From: an uncultured Candidatus Saccharibacteria bacterium
Lineage (GTDB): Bacteria; Patescibacteriota; Minisyncoccia; UBA6257; GWB1-50-10
Length of the DNA: 64,000 bases
Direction: 5' to 3'
NCBI GenBank assembly: GCA_964489845.1
Contig: CAZAZV010000002.1
Span: 770 to 64,769 of the forward strand
In this document: positions 58,196 through 64,000 of the stretch, piece by piece
Layout of the letters: each line of letters begins with the position of its first letter
Position numbering within the stretch: the stretch's first letter is position 1
Made by a program: the position numbers and the translations under genes
The notes under the pieces: generated by a model
Told to the model about the DNA's origin: nothing
What the model saw: the letters and a program-made list of their open reading frames with translations, nothing else
Database searches by the model: none

Positions 58196-59456
58196 GGTTT
58201 GATTCCGATTCAGTGCCGGCAGTCCGCGGCGCCTTGCTCGCGCGGAGTATCGTCCTCGTGAACACGACAGCCGTCAGCATGCTTGTCGCGACACCAATGA
58301 AGAGCGCGAGCGCGAACCCGCGGACGAAACTCGTCGTAATGTAGAAAAGAATCACGGCGGAGATCATCGTCGCGATATTCGAATCGCGTATGGAACTCCA
58401 CGCGCGCTTGAAACCGTTCTCCACCGCCTGCGCGTACGGTATTCCCTGCCGCAGTTCTTCTTTCATTCGCTCGAAGACGAGCACGTTCGCATCGACCGCC
58501 ATGCCGAGCGACAGCACGATACCGGCGATGCTCGAGAGCGAGAGTGTCACGGGAACCAGCTTGAAAATCGTAAGGTTCAGGAGCGCATAGACGATGAGCG
58601 CGATGACGGAATAAATTCCCAGGCGGCGGTAGTACAGGAGCATGTAGAGCGCGACGAACGCGAACCCGACGACACCCGCGACGAGCGCCTCATGGAACGA
58701 TTTTGCTCCGAGGAGCGGGCTCACGGTTTCTTGGTCGACGAGCTGTATCGGGGCCGGAAGCGCGCCGGCATTGAACCGCGCGGCGAGCTGCTGCGCCGCT
58801 TCGACGGTGAAGTTGCCCGAAATCTGGGCCTTGCCTCCGGTAATTTCTTCTCGCACCGTCGGCTCCTCGAGCAGCTTGTTGTCCAAAAAGACCGCAATCG
58901 GCTTGCCGATGTTCTGCCGCGTCAGGTCGGCGAAGAGTTTCGCGCCGTTTTGCGTCAGTTCGAAATTGACGACGGGCGCGCTCGTGTATTGGTCGAAGGA
59001 AACGCTCGCGCCGGTCACGTCGCTCCCCGTAAGCCCTGTCGGGGTGTACGTCTCCGTCCCGTCTTTTGCGACCGTCACGGTGCGGAAATCCAGGGTCGGC
59101 GTCGTGCCGATTTCCGCAATGGCTTCGTCGAGGTTCTTGATGCCCGCGAGTTCAACGACCAGCCGTTCCTCGCTCCCTACTCTCTTGATGTATACCTGCG
59201 GCTCGCTCACGCCGAACAGGTCGACGCGTTTCTCGATGACGTCGCGCAAGCCGGAGAGCACACTCGACTCGTCGGAAGCGGGAACTTTACTCATATCGAT
59301 GCTGTACTCGAGATGGCTGCCGCCCGCCACATCAAGTCCTAGCCGCCACGGCCTGAAATCGGAAAGCTGGCTCCAGACCGGTTGGTACACGAAGAGCGCT
59401 CCGAACAGCGCGATGACGGTGAAAATGATGAGAATGGAAGAGTTCCGCTGCGTCAT
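58188..59456 (-). CDS. secD: Protein translocase subunit SecD
   Basis: LGLDVAGG, GVSEP, GALP, GMAVDANVLVFER. Confidence 0.96.
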   Translation of the reverse strand: MTQRNSSILIIFTVIALFGALFVYQPVWSQLSDFRPWRLGLDVAGGSHLEYSIDMSKVPASDESSVLSGLRDVIEKRVDLFGVSEPQVYIKRVGSEERLVVELAGIKNLDEAIAEIGTTPTLDFRTVTVAKDGTETYTPTGLTGSDVTGASVSFDQYTSAPVVNFELTQNGAKLFADLTRQNIGKPIAVFLDNKLLEEPTVREEITGGKAQISGNFTVEAAQQLAARFNAGALPAPIQLVDQETVSPLLGAKSFHEALVAGVVGFAFVALYMLLYYRRLGIYSVIALIVYALLNLTIFKLVPVTLSLSSIAGIVLSLGMAVDANVLVFERMKEELRQGIPYAQAVENGFKRAWSSIRDSNIATMISAVILFYITTSFVRGFALALFIGVATSMLTAVVFTRTILRASKAPRTAGTESESNHA

Positions 59457-59474
59457 AAAATGTTCACGGTAATA

Positions 59475-60698
59475 CTACTCCAAACTTCTCCTTCCCCGCA
59501 ACTCCCGGTGGTACGTGATGGCGAAGCGGTGCGCCTCGTCCCGCACGCGGATGAGCGTCTCCTCCGAGGTGCCGCGCGGCACGCGGCCGATAAACTCGTT
59601 CTTCTTCCGCTTCGGCCCTTTCGCAATACCGACGACCGGCACGGAAATATCGTGTTTCGCAAGCACTTCCTGCACCGCATGAACCTGCGCCACACCGCCA
59701 TCGACGAGGACAGTGTCCGGCAGCGGCCAGTTGTCCTGTGGCGGAATGTGCCGCAGGCGCCGCGCGAGCACTTCCTTCAGCATGCCGACATCGCCACCCG
59801 CTTCGGTCCGGAAAGCGCGGATGCGGAATTTGCGGTACTCGCTCCGCGAGGGTTTGCCGTTCCTGAACACGACCATCACGCCAACCGCCGACGTGCCCGA
59901 TATATTCGAGATGTCGTACCCCTCTATCCGTTCCGTTTGTTCCTCTCGCGCCGCATCTCTGCTGATGAGCGCGATATCGTTCACGTGTGTGAGGGCGAAA
60001 AGCTGCCGCTTCGCGCGCTCCGCCGCTTCGTATTCCTGCCGCTTCGCGTACGTTTTCATATCCCGCTCAAGCCGCCGGACGAGCGCCTGCCGTTCGCCTT
60101 TCAAAACCTGTTTCAGTCCACGAAGGTCGCGCCGGTACTTTTCCTTTTCGAAATTCCCCGTGCACGTCCCCGGGCAAAGACCGAGTTCCGCATCGAGGCA
60201 CGGCCGCTTGAACGTACCGATGTCGTGCGGGTTGTGCGTGCTGAACGGGAAAATCTTCCGAAGGAGCTTCAGCGCGACCGTAATCTGCGAACTTTGCACG
60301 AAGGGACCGAAGGCGCGCGCTTTTTCCTGCTCCGTGAGTTCCTTTCCGCGCATAAGTTTCACCTGGGGTGCCGCGCCGCGCGTCACAACGACATAGAGAA
60401 AACTCTTATCGTCTTTCTCCTTGACGTTGTACGGCGGGTAGTACCGCTTGATGAGCTGCGACTCGAGCATGAGTGCTTCGAGCGCGGTGTCGGTCTCCTT
60501 CGTCTCGATACCGTCTATCAAGTTCACCATGCGCTCAATGCGGCTGTCGTGGGGACGCTCGAAATAGCTTCGCACGCGGCGCGACAAATTCCCCGCCTTT
60601 CCGACGTACAGAATCTTCCCCCGCTTGTCCTTCATCAAGTACACGCCCGGCGTCTGCGGAATTTTCTCCAGTATCTTTTTGGTAGTATCTTGGATCAT
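59475..60698 (-). CDS. uvrC: Excinuclease ABC subunit C (short, no HhH tail)
   Basis: PGVY..YVGKA, IEGYDIS, VDGG, RDEAHRFA. Confidence 0.93.
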   Translation of the reverse strand: MIQDTTKKILEKIPQTPGVYLMKDKRGKILYVGKAGNLSRRVRSYFERPHDSRIERMVNLIDGIETKETDTALEALMLESQLIKRYYPPYNVKEKDDKSFLYVVVTRGAAPQVKLMRGKELTEQEKARAFGPFVQSSQITVALKLLRKIFPFSTHNPHDIGTFKRPCLDAELGLCPGTCTGNFEKEKYRRDLRGLKQVLKGERQALVRRLERDMKTYAKRQEYEAAERAKRQLFALTHVNDIALISRDAAREEQTERIEGYDISNISGTSAVGVMVVFRNGKPSRSEYRKFRIRAFRTEAGGDVGMLKEVLARRLRHIPPQDNWPLPDTVLVDGGVAQVHAVQEVLAKHDISVPVVGIAKGPKRKKNEFIGRVPRGTSEETLIRVRDEAHRFAITYHRELRGRRSLE

Positions 60699-60705
60699 TT
60701 ATTCA

Positions 60706-61029
60706 CTACCTCACTTCCGACCCGGGCATAACTTTCTTGTCGGGCGTGAGAAGCGCCAAACTGCCCCCATCATCGCTCGCGGCAAGGAGCATCCCCTGGC
60801 TCTCGAACCCCATGAGCGTCCGCGGCGCGAGGTTTACGACAACAACAATCTGCCGCCCGACGAGTTCATCGGCCTCGTAATACTTCGCGATACCGGCGAC
60901 GATTTGACGTTCCTCCGTCCCGATATCAACGCGCAGTTTCATAAGCTTCTCCGAGTCCTCAACCCGCTCCGCGGCGAGAACCTTCCCGACCCGCAATTCA
61001 ACGTTTTTAAAATCTTCAAAAGATATCAT
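60706..61029 (-). CDS. Stand-alone tRNA-binding OB protein (MetRS C-terminal/Trbp111-like)
   Basis: ISFEDF...LRVG, RQIVAGI, NL.PR...ESQGMLLAA. Confidence 0.9.
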   Translation of the reverse strand: MISFEDFKNVELRVGKVLAAERVEDSEKLMKLRVDIGTEERQIVAGIAKYYEADELVGRQIVVVVNLAPRTLMGFESQGMLLAASDDGGSLALLTPDKKVMPGSEVR

Positions 61030-61056
61030 GGAATTATTTTATCATCACTTGATTAC

Positions 61057-61397
61057 CTATTGCAGCCGGCTCCCGAGCCCCACATCCGGCTTGCCGGGCG
61101 TGATAAGGACCCACCCGCCGCCTTTCATGTTCCTAAATCCGAGCGTCAGAACCTCGGAAGAAAAGGACGCGATGCGCTTCAGCGGGAAATTCACGACGCA
61201 GACGACAAGCATACTAGACAGTTCTTCTTTGGTATGCGCCCCGACGGCCCGCACGCTTGACGTTTTTACACCGAGCTCCGGCCCGAAATCTATCTTCAGC
61301 TTGAACGCCGGCATCCGCGCTTCGGGAAACTCATTGACCTCAACGACTTTCCCGACACGAATATCAATTTTTCAAAATCTTCGTATGCAACGGTCAT
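61057..61397 (-). pseudogene. csaA: CsaA-like tRNA-binding protein, frameshifted in an A-run near 61370
   Basis: MTVAYEDFEK / DIRVGKV..FPEAR.PAFKL.IDFG..SEVLTLG split over two frames. Confidence 0.75.
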
Positions 61398-61553
61398 GAG
61401 ATCCCCTTCGGCCGCTCTTTTCAGTTTTTCCTCATCGAATTTCACAGCTCCGCGTTTCGCAAAGTGATCATCTCCATCTTATTTTTATCATATAAGGTTA
61501 TATGATAGTATTTTGGCTTCCTGTAATTTCGGGAGGGTCGAGAACTACAAAAA

Positions 61554-61628
61554 TTAAAGCATGGTGGCTGTCTTCTCGCTGCTCAATATCTTTAGAACGA
61601 GATGTTCTCTGAATTTCACCATTTTCAT
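61554..61628 (-). pseudogene. Truncated duplicate of an ASCH-like gene 5' end
   Basis: MKMVKFREHLVLKILS; about 50 bp identical to 62812-62861. Confidence 0.8.
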
Positions 61629-62165
61629 ACCGGTTTCGATACAAGTTTCAGGTACACCTCGCGCAAGAGTTTAGTATCATCCAGCGCGTGATGCTCCCGA
61701 TATTTCGTGTGGTCAATCCCCAACTCGTGGTAAAAATTGTTTTTGTCGCCATGGTAATAACTCTCCGGACTCACGCCAAAACCGAAAAGGATTGACGCGA
61801 AATCAATCGGTATCCAGTGAAACGGTGCCACCAGTCCCGCATAATTTATAGAGATAGAGCGCATCAAATTGATTCACGTACGCGACCATAAAGGGTTCAC
61901 CATCTCCCACGAACTTTTTTATTCTCTTCGCCGCCTCTTCTCTCCCGATTTTCTCTTCCGTAAGGAATGGGACAACGTGCTCCTGTACCCATTTGTCCAC
62001 AGCACCATCCCATTCCAGTTCGACGTATAATTCCTCGCCATTCAGTTTCACGAGTCCTACGGAAAGCAACTCTCCTTTATAAGGGTCTAAGCTCGTAAAT
62101 TCGGTATCGACGAATACGATATTATCTGAAAAAGGCGTGAATGGTTTCATAATTTCTTCGGCCAT
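61625..62165 (-). pseudogene. DEDD 3'-5' exonuclease family gene, frameshifted near 61840
   Basis: FVDTEFT in frame 1; HHALDD in frame 2. Confidence 0.75.
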
Positions 62166-62701
62166 ATTGCCAGAAAGTAAGCACTCGAATCGGGTACGTT
62201 ATTGAACCACGCGAATCGCAAATGTTCTGCTCCTATCGTATGGCTCTTTCCGTCTTCCGGATCATTATATCGAAAAGCATCTTTCTCACCCCGGTAGCCA
62301 GTAATAACAATAAAATGACCGGCCTTCGTCAGAGGTAAGCGATGAAGCAGTGAGTAACGGATGTTTACGATAACCGGCACCCCCCGCTTTAGAAAAGTTA
62401 TGATATCCTTCGTATCCGGCAGTTTCAGCTTCGCGCCCCCATCAGCGAGTTTCCTATTGTACGAGAAACAGGAAATGTTAAACCCGAGTTTCCCAGCAAA
62501 GTCTGCGAGTTTCGTTGTTTTCACGCCGTAACTTTTCAGACCACCAACTTCCCGTATTATTTCTTTCTCGGGTATATCCCGTCCCCAGAAAGATAACACC
62601 ATCCTCAAAGAGGTTGTTCCACATGTATTTTTGCGCTGTTTGAATTTCGGTACGTTTATAAACATCTCCTGATTTTCGAAACACTTCTTACCGTAATCCA
62701 T
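62147..62701 (-). CDS. Peptidase C39-like protein; start uncertain
   Basis: VP.FKQ..TCG, GHFIVITGY, NDP. Confidence 0.8.
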   Translation of the reverse strand: MDYGKKCFENQEMFINVPKFKQRKNTCGTTSLRMVLSFWGRDIPEKEIIREVGGLKSYGVKTTKLADFAGKLGFNISCFSYNRKLADGGAKLKLPDTKDIITFLKRGVPVIVNIRYSLLHRLPLTKAGHFIVITGYRGEKDAFRYNDPEDGKSHTIGAEHLRFAWFNNVPDSSAYFLAIWPKKL

Positions 62702-62859
62702 GCGGACATCGCGCCGAATGTTTCTCCCGTGTTCCAGTTCACAAGCTCAATGCGGTCCCCTTCCTGCAAATCCTTGTCGTCGAAAAGCCGCCACGTAACC
62801 GTCTTCTCGCCGCTCAATATCTTTAGAACGAGATGTTCTCTGAATTTCACCATTTTCAT
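62656..62859 (-). pseudogene. Chimeric ASCH fragment
   Basis: ILSGEKTVTWR..GD ASCH N terminus fused to FGAMSAWITV, which matches the end of 63296-63727. Confidence 0.7.
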
Positions 62860-63299
62860 ACTCTCCTAAACTCATAATACATCCTAATGCATTCATCTTC
62901 GTCTCGAACAAGCTCCATCATCAACGCTTCTTCCGGTGAAACCCACCGGTGTTCCCGTAACTCGTCGGCTTTCAGTACAATCTCCGGCAAAATATTAAAT
63001 TCTATTCGAAACATATGAAATATGAAGTGATGTTCCGGCCACACCACATATACTTTCGTTAAATATTGCAGCGCCGCCTGCGATACATCCTGTCCGATTT
63101 CTTCCCTGATTTCTCTTGCCATCGCCTCCGATACATCCTCGCCAGCATCTACCTTACCAGCCAGAACACCCCACTTGTCTCCTTCTGGTTTATGCTTAAG
63201 ACGACGTAAAAGCAAGATCTTACCATCATGCTCTATGAAACAACTCACCACTTCGGGTATTGTCGGGTTAAATTCTTGTGGAATCTCTTTATATATCAT
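62856..63299 (-). CDS. NUDIX hydrolase
   Basis: AGKVDAGE...AMAREIREEIG. Confidence 0.88.
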   Translation of the reverse strand: MIYKEIPQEFNPTIPEVVSCFIEHDGKILLLRRLKHKPEGDKWGVLAGKVDAGEDVSEAMAREIREEIGQDVSQAALQYLTKVYVVWPEHHFIFHMFRIEFNILPEIVLKADELREHRWVSPEEALMMELVRDEDECIRMYYEFRRV

Positions 63300-63727
63300 C
63301 GCTGTATCTTTGAAATATCATCCACGGTAATCCACGCAGACATCATGCCAAATCCGGTCTTGTCGATTTCGAATGGCTCGATTTCCCGCGGGCTCTTGAG
63401 GAAGATAAACATACCATACTGCTTATCCCTGAATCGTTCAAAGAAGGCGGGTACGTCGGCTTCCTCAAGCCCGTCATCCTTGTAGTACCTATCGAGCAAT
63501 TCCCTGACTCGTTTCGACGTCAAATCGGCGAATTGCACTACCTTCTCAACTTCCGCTCTCACGCTCACCGGCTCGCCGGAGTTCTTGAAGTAAACGGTTT
63601 CCCCGGGCTTTACGGCATCCCACGGCTTACACTTCGTCACGGACCAGCGCGATTCAATCGTCTTCCGCCCGTCTAAGATTTTCGGCAAGAGTCCCCACGA
63701 TTTGCGCATAATTGCCACGTGTTCCAT
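63296..63727 (-). CDS. ASCH domain protein
   Basis: KILDGRKTIESR, PGE.VYFK. Confidence 0.85.
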   Translation of the reverse strand: MEHVAIMRKSWGLLPKILDGRKTIESRWSVTKCKPWDAVKPGETVYFKNSGEPVSVRAEVEKVVQFADLTSKRVRELLDRYYKDDGLEEADVPAFFERFRDKQYGMFIFLKSPREIEPFEIDKTGFGMMSAWITVDDISKIQR

Positions 63728-63730
63728 ATC

Positions 63731-64000
63731 TCACTTCAAAACTTTCTTCAGATATTTCCCCGTTTCGCTGCCGGCAACCTGGGAGACCTCTTCCGGCGTA
63801 CCTTCGGCGACGACGTGGCCGCCTTTCACGCCCCCGCCGGGGCCGAGGTCGATAATCCAGTCAGCCGACTTTATCACGTCCAGATTGTGCTCGATGACGA
63901 GGATGGTATTCCCCCGCTCCACGAGTTTCTGCAGTACGTCGAGAAGTTTCTGCACGTCGTCAAAGTGGAGTCCGGTTGTCGGTTCGTCGAGCAAATAGAG
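63731..64000 (-). CDS. uvrA: Excinuclease ABC subunit A, 3' part
   Basis: [29 protein letters not shown]. Confidence 0.95.
   Translation of the reverse strand, partial: LYLLDEPTTGLHFDDVQKLLDVLQKLVERGNTILVIEHNLDVIKSADWIIDLGPGGGVKGGHVVAEGTPEEVSQVAGSETGKYLKKVLK

Overview
Core-genome segment of a Candidate Phyla Radiation bacterium, most likely Parcubacteria. This is inferred from the missing rpmD, RpoA without an alpha-CTD, shortened AlaRS/AspRS/MetRS, a VirD4-like ATPase pair and GH130 genes; standard TGA stops are used. It holds the S10-spc, alpha and str r-protein clusters (rearranged), dnaG (with a LAGLIDADG intein)-rpoD-alaS, metG/ndk/aspS, mnmA/efp, secDF, uvrA/uvrC, tRNA-Gly(CCC) and a probable 6S RNA. 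Accessory parts are a beta-helix/dockerin/cohesin surface trio splitting rpsJ from rplC, hicBA, and a decaying short-gene array. The most striking observation is a ~120-150 bp non-coding structured element found three times (fusA 5' end, fusA 3' end, tRNA-Gly 3' end). Each time, it sits between a displaced gene-end fragment and the intact gene, and ends in a 10-15 nt site-specific segment complementary to its own insertion junction, like a retargetable guide. Also seen: a hairpin+promoter cassette repeated before rpsR/rpsD/rpsK, a second MITE-like repeat, and a C2H2 zinc finger on RpoD. All calls were made by eye, without database searches.
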